Assembly: GCA_000997385.1 (NCBI GenBank)
Contig: LCBT01000003.1
Location: 192,892-256,891, forward strand
Direction: 5' to 3'
Source of the DNA: Candidatus Daviesbacteria bacterium GW2011_GWA1_41_61
Lineage (GTDB): Bacteria; Patescibacteriota; Microgenomatia; Daviesbacterales; UBA10151
Length of the DNA stretch: 64,000 nt
The notes below the pieces were generated by a model that did not search any database, was not told the DNA's origin, and saw only the letters and a program-made list of their open reading frames with translations. Shown piece after piece: positions 48,777 to 58,130 of this stretch (within the stretch, counting starts at the first letter, position 1; each line of letters opens with the position of its first letter). The position numbers were made by a program, and so were the translations under genes.

Positions 48777-51041
48777 TTATCTTACTCTGCCATAATCTCT
48801 AAGCTTTTTAGTTGCCAGTGTCAGTATTAACAGAAGTGGAGCCAAAGGTAGAAGCCAAGCTAAATTAAAGGTAATTGTTTTGGCTTCGTTTTGTGTCCCT
48901 TTAGTCAGTGTTACCGCTTGTCCACCGGAAGTTTCTTCAAAGCTTTCCCCGGCTACTTCGGCAGCATCTTCTGAATCATTATTTGAATATATCAATCCTC
49001 CGGTGTGAAGGATTTTTTTAATTGGTTCAGCTACGGCTGAGGCAACTGAGGTATTGGTATTATTAGCTGGAGCTGATTGATTATTTTGGCTGTTGGAATT
49101 ACTGAGAGCAGTTTGGTTAGATTGCTGATTTCCTTGCTCAACTGGATTATTGCCAGCCTGAGTTGTGTTTTCAGTTTGGACCTCTTTTTGATATCCGGGT
49201 CCGACGAAATCCCCAATCCATTTGCCGAAGACATTGATAGTGACGACTGTCAGCCTGCCACCCCCCACAATATTGTTATTGACGAAGTTAACTAAATTGG
49301 CCACGATATTGGCATCACCGGTGGTAATAGATGAATTTCCGCCGGTATTTTTAGAAGCGCTGTTACCGCCGGTATTGGCAAAAAGATTAATGTTATTTAA
49401 AATTTTGGCTACATTATTTTGGACGGTGGTATTACTTGCAGTTTGATCTATGGAGGCTGTATTTTGGGAATCTGAACCGTTCCCTTGATTGGTAGCGGTA
49501 ATATCACCGCTACTGTTTATAGTAAACTGGGTTCCTTTTGACCCGGCATAATTGGTGCCATAAGAGGAGCCAATGATTTTACCGACCCATTCCCCCGCCT
49601 CATTGACCAAAACTAACCACCAGTCTCCACCGGTTATATTGGAGTTGGCGATATTTAAAGTTTGGCTGTCAACATTGGCATCACCGGTTTGGATTTGAGA
49701 GCTGCCTCCGGTATTTTTATTGGTCTCGTTGTCTCCGGTGGCGGCTTGGAGGTTTAAGTTGTTTTCAATTTGAGCAATATTAGTTTGGAAAGTTTGATTA
49801 GTTGAGTCCTGATCTAAAGTTGCCGTGTTTTGGGAGCCAGATCCGTTATCTGTATTAGAAACTGTGGTAGTGGAGGTAGTTCCTAATACAGGTAAGATAA
49901 TATCTCCTATTAAATCTCCGAAGATATTGACAATACCCAAGACCACTTGGCCGGCGATATTGTTATTAATAAAGTTTAAAACATTGGCGGCAGCATTAGC
50001 ATCGCCGGTAGTAATGGTTGAATCTCCGCCGGTATTTTTATCGGCATCATTATCGCCGCTGTTAGAGGATAAAGTCAGGTTATTTTCTAAAGTAGCATCG
50101 TTATTTTGAAAAGTTTGACTGTCGCTAGTTTGTTCCACCTGAGCGGAGTTAGTTGAATCTGTGCCGTTATCAGTATTGGCGACCAAGGTGTCTGAAAAAG
50201 CAGAACACCCTAAAACACAGCCGGCAGCTAAATTTAATATCAGATCACCATTTTGATCATCTACTACGTTAAATTCAGAGACAGCCACCCCGGCTAAATT
50301 GGTATTTAGGGCGGTAATAAGGTTAACTGTAGTATTGGCATCACCGGTGTCGATACTTGAGCTGCCGACATTTTCCGAAGTGGAATTTTTACCGGTGTTG
50401 GTATCAAGGTCTAAGCTATTTTGTGCATCAGCGAGGTTATTTGAAACGGTGGTAATACCGGAATCACTATTTAAGGAAGCAGAGTTATCAGATCTTGAGC
50501 CGTTATCAGTATTTTCTACAGTTACACTGCTGTCACCCGGTAAGGTTGCCGCAGAATAGTTTTCATTAGCAGATGTAGTTACTGTAGCTGTGTTTAAGGC
50601 ATTTCCGGTGGTAATTTGAGGGTCCCCTACCTCCCCGTCTTTGGACTCCCCTCCGGTAGTTTGAGAGACTTCATTGTCTATCGGTGGTGTTGTATTTGAT
50701 GAGTTGGAAGTATCTTCAGTTAAGCTTTCAGTTGGGGTATCAGAGGGGGTGGAAGGCGGGACAAGTGTTTCTTCTGGCAGTGATTCTGTAGAAGTGGGGG
50801 ATATTTCTTTTAAAGTAGAGTTTTCAGTTGGAGCAGGCGATGGTTCAAGCAGGGATTCTAAAGTAGGCGCTTCTGGCGGTGTTGGTTCAGCCGGAGGAGG
50901 TGGTGGTGCGGACTGCTCTGCCCTGGGTGTTGGTTCAGCCGGAGATGTAGGCGCTTCCAAGGCTGTGACTGTAGCTACTTGACTAAAAAGTAAAGTAATA
51001 ACTGTTATTACTGATAAAGTTTTTTTAAGTTTTTTGATCAT
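48777..51041 (-). CDS. secreted N/G/T-repeat protein with Pro-rich N-terminus and C-terminal TM
   Basis: Signal peptide; 4 full repeats plus a partial one; LAWLLPLAPLLLILTLATKKLR. Confidence 0.85.
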   Translation of the reverse strand: MIKKLKKTLSVITVITLLFSQVATVTALEAPTSPAEPTPRAEQSAPPPPPAEPTPPEAPTLESLLEPSPAPTENSTLKEISPTSTESLPEETLVPPSTPSDTPTESLTEDTSNSSNTTPPIDNEVSQTTGGESKDGEVGDPQITTGNALNTATVTTSANENYSAATLPGDSSVTVENTDNGSRSDNSASLNSDSGITTVSNNLADAQNSLDLDTNTGKNSTSENVGSSSIDTGDANTTVNLITALNTNLAGVAVSEFNVVDDQNGDLILNLAAGCVLGCSAFSDTLVANTDNGTDSTNSAQVEQTSDSQTFQNNDATLENNLTLSSNSGDNDADKNTGGDSTITTGDANAAANVLNFINNNIAGQVVLGIVNIFGDLIGDIILPVLGTTSTTTVSNTDNGSGSQNTATLDQDSTNQTFQTNIAQIENNLNLQAATGDNETNKNTGGSSQIQTGDANVDSQTLNIANSNITGGDWWLVLVNEAGEWVGKIIGSSYGTNYAGSKGTQFTINSSGDITATNQGNGSDSQNTASIDQTASNTTVQNNVAKILNNINLFANTGGNSASKNTGGNSSITTGDANIVANLVNFVNNNIVGGGRLTVVTINVFGKWIGDFVGPGYQKEVQTENTTQAGNNPVEQGNQQSNQTALSNSNSQNNQSAPANNTNTSVASAVAEPIKKILHTGGLIYSNNDSEDAAEVAGESFEETSGGQAVTLTKGTQNEAKTITFNLAWLLPLAPLLLILTLATKKLRDYGRVR

Positions 51042-51062
51042 TTTTTATTCCTTTCTGTTTTG

Positions 51063-51118
51063 ATTTGGTTTCAGGGTGCCTTACTGAAGTGCAGGTAAGG
51101 CTACCCTTTATACCAAAT
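51063..51118 (-). terminator. long hairpin after the first repeat-protein gene
   Basis: ATTTGGT..AGGGT-GCCTTAC / GTAAGGC-TACCCT..ACCAAAT. Confidence 0.65.
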
Positions 51119-51122
51119 TTAC

Positions 51123-52400
51123 TTAAGCAGAAAGATGCAGTCCTTCAAGGAGTTGGCTAAGTAAGTCCTCGAGTTCGTCAAGGTCAAAATCAAAGTCAAA
51201 ATCTACATCCTCGCCAAAGAGATTAACGTTAGCACTGTTGCTAGCTTCAACCTTAGTCTCGGCATCACCGGTACTGGTTTCAACATCACCATCGGTGTTA
51301 TCGTTGGCTTTGTTATCACCAGTAAAAGCGTCTGCCCAAACCTCATTTTCCACCTCACAACCTCTGTGGTCTCCATGTTGGTTCCCATCTAAGAACAAGT
51401 CATGGTTTTCAGGTTTGTTGTCCTTTCCGCAGTTGCTTTGAAAGACCTCTAATTCGTTTTCTAACTCAGCTTCAATCTCATTGTCAGAACCCGAACCGTT
51501 ACCAGAAATTTCAGCTTCTACGTCGAATAAACAACAATCCACATCAGCGGCGTTAAAGTTAACGGCGTTGTCAACTTCAACCCGGGTTTGGGCGTCGCCG
51601 GTGTCAATGGAAACATCACCATCGGTATTATCGTTGGCGTCATTGTTACCGGTGTTTGAATCTGCCCAGATACCGTTTTTGATATCTGCTTTATTTTCCT
51701 GAACCACCAAGACCGATCGGTCAAGATCAAGGTCAATAGTGTTATCGGAGTCTGAACCGTTTCCCGAGATCTCCAGATCTACCCCGTTTTCATCACCGTT
51801 GCCGCCGATATTGGCAATATTGGCGTTAGCGCGGTTTTGAACATCCACGGTGGTCGAAGCATCTCCAGTATCAATGGAAACATCACCATCGGTATTATCG
51901 TTGGCGTCATTGTTACCGGTGTTTGAATCTGCGCTAACCCAGTTTCTGATATCAGCGTTGTTTGATTGAAAAACTTTAGTTTCGTTTTCGGACTCAAGCT
52001 CCACATTGTTATCGGAGTCTGAACCGTTACCTGAGATCTCCACATTAGTGTCACCATTACAGGTTCCACAATTTTCCAAGTCAGCTACGTTTAAGTTAGC
52101 TTGATTTTGGACTTCTACTCTAGTGGTGGCATCTCCGGTATCTACTTGCACATCCCCGCCGGTGTTATCATTGGCATCGTTATTGCCGGTATCTGCACTT
52201 GCGTTAATTCGGTTAGTGATTTCAGCATTATTTTCCTGAACAACAGTTGTGTTGTTATTTGTAGTAACATCAACAGTACTATCAGAATCCGAGCCGTTAC
52301 CGGTAATCTCTAGGGTTGTAGTAGCCAAAGCTGGTGTGGCCAGAGCGTAAAGGAGAAGTGATGCGGTAGCAATCGCTGTAGCTATCTTTTGTCTTATCAT
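51123..52400 (-). CDS. secreted acidic N/D/G/T-repeat protein with no anchor
   Basis: GGGGGTGA SD and ATG 52400; signal peptide ending PALA; four ~89-aa repeats. Confidence 0.88.
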   Translation of the reverse strand: MIRQKIATAIATASLLLYALATPALATTTLEITGNGSDSDSTVDVTTNNNTTVVQENNAEITNRINASADTGNNDANDNTGGDVQVDTGDATTRVEVQNQANLNVADLENCGTCNGDTNVEISGNGSDSDNNVELESENETKVFQSNNADIRNWVSADSNTGNNDANDNTDGDVSIDTGDASTTVDVQNRANANIANIGGNGDENGVDLEISGNGSDSDNTIDLDLDRSVLVVQENKADIKNGIWADSNTGNNDANDNTDGDVSIDTGDAQTRVEVDNAVNFNAADVDCCLFDVEAEISGNGSGSDNEIEAELENELEVFQSNCGKDNKPENHDLFLDGNQHGDHRGCEVENEVWADAFTGDNKANDNTDGDVETSTGDAETKVEASNSANVNLFGEDVDFDFDFDLDELEDLLSQLLEGLHLSA

Positions 52401-52692
52401 TTTCTCACCCCCTTTCTTTCCTGAAAAAATCCGCTTATGGCGGAGCACTTCATTGACCATATCTTAAAAATTTCCTTTTAAAAAAGAATTAAGATCTGGT
52501 AAGAGTTTAGTAATAAGGTAACCTATAGAGGCTAATGGAAAGTTTAACTGTTTAAAGGAATAGACTAAGAACTAAGGAATAATAAGTAATATTATGGGGA
52601 ATGTGGTTTACGTTATAGCAAAACAATGAGGCCTATATATGTAACGCTTGATTTAATAGTTGTTTGGATTAGCGGTGGGGATTTAGACTCTA

Positions 52693-53289
52693 TCAGAACT
52701 GAAGATCAAAAGTTGTTTTTTCTCCGTTGATCTCCCCCACTTGGACCTGAAAATTTTTTTGCCCCTCATTTACCGGAAAACCAAGTCTGGTATATTTAGT
52801 AGAGATAGGCTGAGCTTCTACCGGATCGTTATGAATATCCGGGGCCAGCCACTCCTGTCCCCCATTGGCTGAGATTCGCAGGAAATCCCGGGTGTTGACC
52901 TGAATTTTTTGTTGGCCTTCGTTTATCAACCTCAAGTTAAATATCAAAAAGATCCGTCCTGCTACAGCCGTGGCTTTCTGTCCTTTAACCACTATTTCCT
53001 TCCTCACTTCAGCTCCTTCAATATTATATTTTAGAGTTCCTACTTGTTTACCCTGGCTGTCATTTATCGGAAAGCTGAATTCTTTATTTAAAGATGTTTT
53101 GGCGGTTGGTTCAGCTATTTGCAGGGATTTATTAGGGATGGGAGCAGTTAAAGAAAAATTATCCTGAGAATTTTTTAATAGGCCGGGTCGAGTACCCAGA
53201 AAGATCAAACTTCCTGCTGCTAAAATGCCTAACCCGATAAAAAGGTATTTTTTAGATAACCTGATAGAGGGAATTCTAGCTGTTAACAT
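52693..53289 (-). CDS. membrane-anchored Ig-like (DUF4352-like) protein
   Basis: N-terminal TM and beta-rich domain (FLIFNLRLIN...GFPV). Confidence 0.65.
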   Translation of the reverse strand: MLTARIPSIRLSKKYLFIGLGILAAGSLIFLGTRPGLLKNSQDNFSLTAPIPNKSLQIAEPTAKTSLNKEFSFPINDSQGKQVGTLKYNIEGAEVRKEIVVKGQKATAVAGRIFLIFNLRLINEGQQKIQVNTRDFLRISANGGQEWLAPDIHNDPVEAQPISTKYTRLGFPVNEGQKNFQVQVGEINGEKTTFDLQF

Positions 53290-53707
53290 TTAATTTAATT
53301 TTTACCTCCTGCTCACGGTTATTTTTAATAATTTCTACCTCTACTTTTTGTTGACCGCGGGAGCCAACCAGTTTATTTAAAACATCACCATTAGTTTTGG
53401 TTTGGACAAAAGAGGTAGTATTCATCCCCAAAGCTTTAATTTTTTCTTTATACCAATCAGTAATAACTTGGGGATCATCAAAGCTTATAAAAGCTTGTTG
53501 GTTTTGGTCATTAATAATATTTCGGGAATTAGGATACTTCAGACCAGAGATATTACTATCTGAACCCCCTTGATTGTTAGGAGTAACTGTCGGTGAGACA
53601 GGGCTTGGGCTAAGTTCTTTTCTGAAACCGGCAGTTTGGTTTAAATAGGCTGCGGAGATCACGATCAAGGTAAATAAAATTAAGACAATTAAGATTTGCG
53701 GGCTCAT
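53276..53707 (-). CDS. hypothetical membrane-anchored protein
   Basis: TM; YPNS...ITDWYK pattern. Confidence 0.7.
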   Translation of the reverse strand: MSPQILIVLILFTLIVISAAYLNQTAGFRKELSPSPVSPTVTPNNQGGSDSNISGLKYPNSRNIINDQNQQAFISFDDPQVITDWYKEKIKALGMNTTSFVQTKTNGDVLNKLVGSRGQQKVEVEIIKNNREQEVKIKLNVNS

Positions 53708-53781
53708 GACAAGATAATCATATTTTTTAACAGTAAGAAATCAACCATAGCTTGGTAATAGTTGGGAAAGAAGGCTGTTTC

Positions 53782-55083
53782 CTAACTGCAGCTTTGAGTC
53801 GGGTTGTATTTAGAGCCGTAAGTACCTACAGAGTTGCCGCCATCATTTGTAGACATATTATTATCACAAACTTTACCCTGAGGTGTTCTTTGGAATTTTA
53901 TACCCCCTGATTTATTATTCTTGATAATATTTTGGTAAATATTATTGTTAATACCTTGAGTCTCTTTATCTCCACCTAGTCTAATTCCTGCGCCGCTATT
54001 TCCGTAAATTTCATTATTTTTAAAAGTATTTCCCTCTCCCCGGGAATCCATCCCCCCGGAATTACTGTCTTTTTGACCGGTACACTTATTGTTCTCCATC
54101 ATGTTTGCTGAGGCAGCTTCTTTAATGTCAACACACTCATTTCCTTGAGTGTCAATAGTATTGTCATGGATAAAGTTGCCGTTTGATTGATCCGGATCAG
54201 AAGTAGGGTTTTTTCCGTCACCCAGCTGTTCCGGAGCAGTGCCAATATAGATCCCTTCCCCATTTTTACCACCGCCATTGAATTTAAAATCATAAACTCC
54301 ACAATTTGTGATAGTATTGCCGGCAATTTCATTATTTTGAGCAAAATATCTTAGTCTGATACACTCTCCCCCAGCATTTTTAAGAGTCATTCCCAAAACC
54401 TTCAGCCCTGTAACTCCGGATTTAGTTTCTTTGCCTTGTACATAAAGTAACTTGTCACGGTATCCGGAAGATGAAGATGAGGATCCAAAAAGACCATCAA
54501 TAGTAAAACCCCTAAGTGTTATAGAATCATGGTTTATTTCAAAAATCCGGCCTTTCCCCCCGCCTTTGATAACTGCTTCTTTAGGCCCGGAAATAATAAT
54601 TGGTTTATCAGAAGTTCCATTTCTTTTGGTGATTATATCCTGAGAATATGTCCCCGGGGCTAGGGCAATTGTCTCTCCTCCCTGGGCTAAGTCGACTGCC
54701 TTCTGAATTGTCTTAAAGGGTTTATCTGCGGATAGTCCATTATTTTCATCGCTTCCGGAAGGATTAATATAATAACTTTTTAAAGCGGTTGGTGCAGAAA
54801 CGGGCTGAGCAGCCGCTGAAAGCGTTGTGGTGGGTGTTGCTTGGACTATATTACTGCTGTTGATAATGACTGTGCTGGCGTTTACCACAACGGTCCCGGT
54901 AGTGGTAATATTTTGAGTAGCAGCCTCTTGGGCATCAGCTCCAGTTCTAAAGATAATTTGCTGTAGTAAGAGAGTAGAGATTACAGTAGATATTAGTATA
55001 AGACTATACTTAGCAGAACTAGCTGAAATCTTTTTAAGTCTACCAAGGAAAAAATATTTCATCCGGTGGGCAAGTTTTAACAT
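53782..55083 (-). CDS. exported right-handed beta-helix protein (DUF1565/pectin-lyase-like)
   Basis: YYINPSGSDENNG..PFKTIQKA..GETIALAPGTY; GEGIYIG; ECVDIKE. Confidence 0.85.
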   Translation of the reverse strand: MLKLAHRMKYFFLGRLKKISASSAKYSLILISTVISTLLLQQIIFRTGADAQEAATQNITTTGTVVVNASTVIINSSNIVQATPTTTLSAAAQPVSAPTALKSYYINPSGSDENNGLSADKPFKTIQKAVDLAQGGETIALAPGTYSQDIITKRNGTSDKPIIISGPKEAVIKGGGKGRIFEINHDSITLRGFTIDGLFGSSSSSSGYRDKLLYVQGKETKSGVTGLKVLGMTLKNAGGECIRLRYFAQNNEIAGNTITNCGVYDFKFNGGGKNGEGIYIGTAPEQLGDGKNPTSDPDQSNGNFIHDNTIDTQGNECVDIKEAASANMMENNKCTGQKDSNSGGMDSRGEGNTFKNNEIYGNSGAGIRLGGDKETQGINNNIYQNIIKNNKSGGIKFQRTPQGKVCDNNMSTNDGGNSVGTYGSKYNPTQSCS

Positions 55084-55178
55084 TGGTTAGTGGAATTTGA
55101 CGCTTAATTTAATAAGCGGCTGAGATTGTAAGTTCAATTTAATAATTTGTCAAGTTTTTTGTAAGGACAAGATAGGGG

Positions 55179-58130
55179 TTAGTTGGGGTGGATGTCTTTA
55201 CCGTTTTGGGCAATAGTATTGGGACCTAAGTAGTTAATATTACCAGCTGAAGTTTTGGAATAGATTCCATAGGTGCTATTGTTGATAATTTGATTCATGG
55301 TAAATCTATTTTCTGAAGCGTTCTCTACCAAATATAGACCTATTTGGTTGTTGGTAATTAAATTACCGGTGACAAGATTTTCTTTAGTTTTGATATAGAC
55401 AGCTTGGTGATTGTTGCTAATTTTATTATTTAAAACAGTATTGTTATTAGAACCATCATAAATGTAAAAGCCATATTGTTTATTGTCTTCAATCTGATTC
55501 CCCTCAAATAAATTATCCATTGATGCCTTATTTATCCTAACCCCTCTTTGGTTTTTAGAAATAGTGTTGTTGCGGATAGTGTTATTGCTGGATTGATAGA
55601 CAACTATACCGTCAAGATTTCCACTAACGGTATTGTTTTCCACTAAATTATTATTAGAATTTTCATGAAGCATGATTCCATGGAGTTTATTATTATAGGA
55701 GAGGTTATTTCTAATGATGTTATTAAAACATCTTTTGGAAAAAATTAACCCATGGTTTCCGTTGTTATAAAATTTATTATTCTCCACGATAAAGTTATTG
55801 GAGTCATCGTGAGGGTCTAAACCATATTGAATGTTATCGAAAAATTCATTCCCCCTCCAAAGCATCGAAGTGGTTCCAAAAGTATAAGCTCCGAAATAAT
55901 TGTGGTGAAATTTACTGCTTAAAACTTCACCGGAGAGTAAATGTGTCCCCAATTTACCGTTACTCATCCGCCAGGCAACACCATAAACAGAGTCTTCAGT
56001 CGGTGCCGTTCTCCTATAGCCCAGATAAGCCAATTCCGAATCATAGATATCCATCCGGGAAAAATCCTTAACCAGGATATAGCTTCTGCCGTTTTTATAA
56101 TCCTTATCGAAATCATTATTATCCTCATCCCATGAGGTAATTTTGACACCCTTAATTAAAACCAGACCGTTATTAGATTTTAAATTTACAAAACCATTCT
56201 TATTACTGGCCAGTTTAAGCCAAGTCACTTCATCTTTATTTAAAGTTAACATTACTCCGTTTCTAACCCACAGGTTAGACCGCAAGATCCAATTTTGGGG
56301 GGATGTTTCTTCTAACTTTGTTTTTCCTACACTGGATTGGATATTCTTTAAAGTGACTTGTTTTCCTCTCCCCTGGACGATGATGGTGTTAGATGGTTGA
56401 TCAAAACTTATTTGCAAAATATCGGGGTTCTTTTTGGTATAGGAATAATTTGGCTGGAAATCAATAGAAAAATTCGACCTGGGGATATTTAAAATATAAC
56501 CGGGACTGATCTGATTCCAATTAGGCAAAATATTAATATTAGCCTTAAGAAGACTATCTGCGGTAATTCCATTAGCTTTGGCTATACGGGCCAAGGAATC
56601 CCCGGGCTTAACCGCATACCGGGTTACCAGCATCCGGTTAATGTTATCTAAAGATGAAGCTCCCGCTACCAATAATGTTTCATCAGTCTCAATATTAGTC
56701 AGGGTTACTAAGTTATTTGGTTGATTTGGTTGGATTGAAGATAAGACAGGTTGAAACTGTTGCCGGTACCAAAAAATTCCCCAAGCTAGGACTGCAAAAA
56801 CTAAAACAGTTGCTCCCCAGGCGGGAATTTTAGTTAAAAATTTAAATTGAGGAAGCCGGGAAGTATCCCATCTGGTTATCCAGCCCTGGGTATTTAAAGT
56901 AAACAGGGCATAAATTTTCATCCCGGCTGAGACAAAGCTAAGGAGAATGAAAGCAGGCAAGACAGTAATATCCTGAGGCCTTCTTTTAAGATGAGGATAT
57001 AATTTAATAGTTCTGCTTATAAACCACCAGACAAAAATAGCCAGTGCTAATGTCCAATGCTGTAGGGTTAAAGCAATCATAAAAAAGAGTGGGCTAAGCA
57101 GTATAGTAAATCCTTGAATAACCTTATCAACTTGAAAATAAGCCAAAGAGGGGTGGTGAAAAACCCAGCCATGATAGATTGCCCGAAGGTCTGCTCTTAA
57201 GGCATTCCTGGTCCAGCGGAGCCGTTGTTTTAAATAAGATTTTAAATCTTCAACACCCGGGGTAAAGACATGGGAAGTCATCTGATAGGCAACTTTCCAT
57301 CCAGAGGCCAGTACTAAATAAGTAAGTCTTTTATCATCTCCGCTGACTACTTTTTGCCCCCAAAAAGTTTCATTTACCAAATCTGGGATCATTGGAGTTA
57401 TCACATCCTTCCTATAAAAGGCAGTTCTCCCGGATAAACAGATTAGTGCATCACCGGCTGCTCCCAAAAATGGGAACTCATCAAAATAGCGGAGATCAAG
57501 TTGAATATCAAAGATTTTTTGGGCCAGTGTTTTAGGCTGCAAGACATTTTGTCTGGTAGCAACCCCGGCAATTTGGGGATTCTCAAAGGGAATCAAGCCA
57601 TTTTTTAAAGTATCCTCCGACCAGATAGTATCACTATCAACTAAAGCTACTACCTCTCCTATGGATGCTTTTATTCCATCAGCTAAGGCTTCCCTTTTCC
57701 CATATTTTTGAGTGATAATTAATCTAGCTTTGGAAAAAACTTTTTGAAAATCCTCAAAGATTTTAAGACATTTTATATCTGTATAATCAATAACTGCAAT
57801 AATTTCTTGGGGAGAATTTTTAGCCCAGGAAACTAGGGCATCAATAAAAACTTTGGGATTTTCATTATAGACCGGAGTAATTACAGAGACTGACGTTTTA
57901 AAATAACCTTTTTTAGGGTGATAAAATTGGGCCACTGTTTTTTTAAACAGCCATGTTCCCCATCTCCAAAGACCAATAATTCCCAGGGGTAAATAAAAAG
58001 TAACCCACTGCCAATAAGTGGTAAATACCCTGGTCAAAGATTCCGCTATCGGGCTGACAACTGGACTTATTGAGGGCAGTTCAAAGACAAATTTAATGTT
58101 GGATGGATCGGTCGGCCAGATAACGTCCAT
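55179..58130 (-). CDS. fusion of hyaluronan-synthase-like GT2, LysM and AlgG-like C5-epimerase beta-helix
   Basis: PVYNE, DSD, CLSGRTAFYR, GDDKRLT, QRLRW, TMs; YAVKPGDSLARIA LysM; YGLDPHDDS and PbH1 repeats. Confidence 0.88.
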   Translation of the reverse strand: MDVIWPTDPSNIKFVFELPSISPVVSPIAESLTRVFTTYWQWVTFYLPLGIIGLWRWGTWLFKKTVAQFYHPKKGYFKTSVSVITPVYNENPKVFIDALVSWAKNSPQEIIAVIDYTDIKCLKIFEDFQKVFSKARLIITQKYGKREALADGIKASIGEVVALVDSDTIWSEDTLKNGLIPFENPQIAGVATRQNVLQPKTLAQKIFDIQLDLRYFDEFPFLGAAGDALICLSGRTAFYRKDVITPMIPDLVNETFWGQKVVSGDDKRLTYLVLASGWKVAYQMTSHVFTPGVEDLKSYLKQRLRWTRNALRADLRAIYHGWVFHHPSLAYFQVDKVIQGFTILLSPLFFMIALTLQHWTLALAIFVWWFISRTIKLYPHLKRRPQDITVLPAFILLSFVSAGMKIYALFTLNTQGWITRWDTSRLPQFKFLTKIPAWGATVLVFAVLAWGIFWYRQQFQPVLSSIQPNQPNNLVTLTNIETDETLLVAGASSLDNINRMLVTRYAVKPGDSLARIAKANGITADSLLKANINILPNWNQISPGYILNIPRSNFSIDFQPNYSYTKKNPDILQISFDQPSNTIIVQGRGKQVTLKNIQSSVGKTKLEETSPQNWILRSNLWVRNGVMLTLNKDEVTWLKLASNKNGFVNLKSNNGLVLIKGVKITSWDEDNNDFDKDYKNGRSYILVKDFSRMDIYDSELAYLGYRRTAPTEDSVYGVAWRMSNGKLGTHLLSGEVLSSKFHHNYFGAYTFGTTSMLWRGNEFFDNIQYGLDPHDDSNNFIVENNKFYNNGNHGLIFSKRCFNNIIRNNLSYNNKLHGIMLHENSNNNLVENNTVSGNLDGIVVYQSSNNTIRNNTISKNQRGVRINKASMDNLFEGNQIEDNKQYGFYIYDGSNNNTVLNNKISNNHQAVYIKTKENLVTGNLITNNQIGLYLVENASENRFTMNQIINNSTYGIYSKTSAGNINYLGPNTIAQNGKDIHPN

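Noticed and set aside
47824-52313. Many plus-strand Ser/Leu/Val-rich ORFs
   Set aside because: Antisense shadows of low-complexity minus-strand genes
47544-52400. CRISPR array or DGR suggested by repeated DNA
   Set aside because: The repeats are in-frame protein repeats about 267 nt apart; no spacers, cas genes, reverse transcriptase or adenine-specific mismatches
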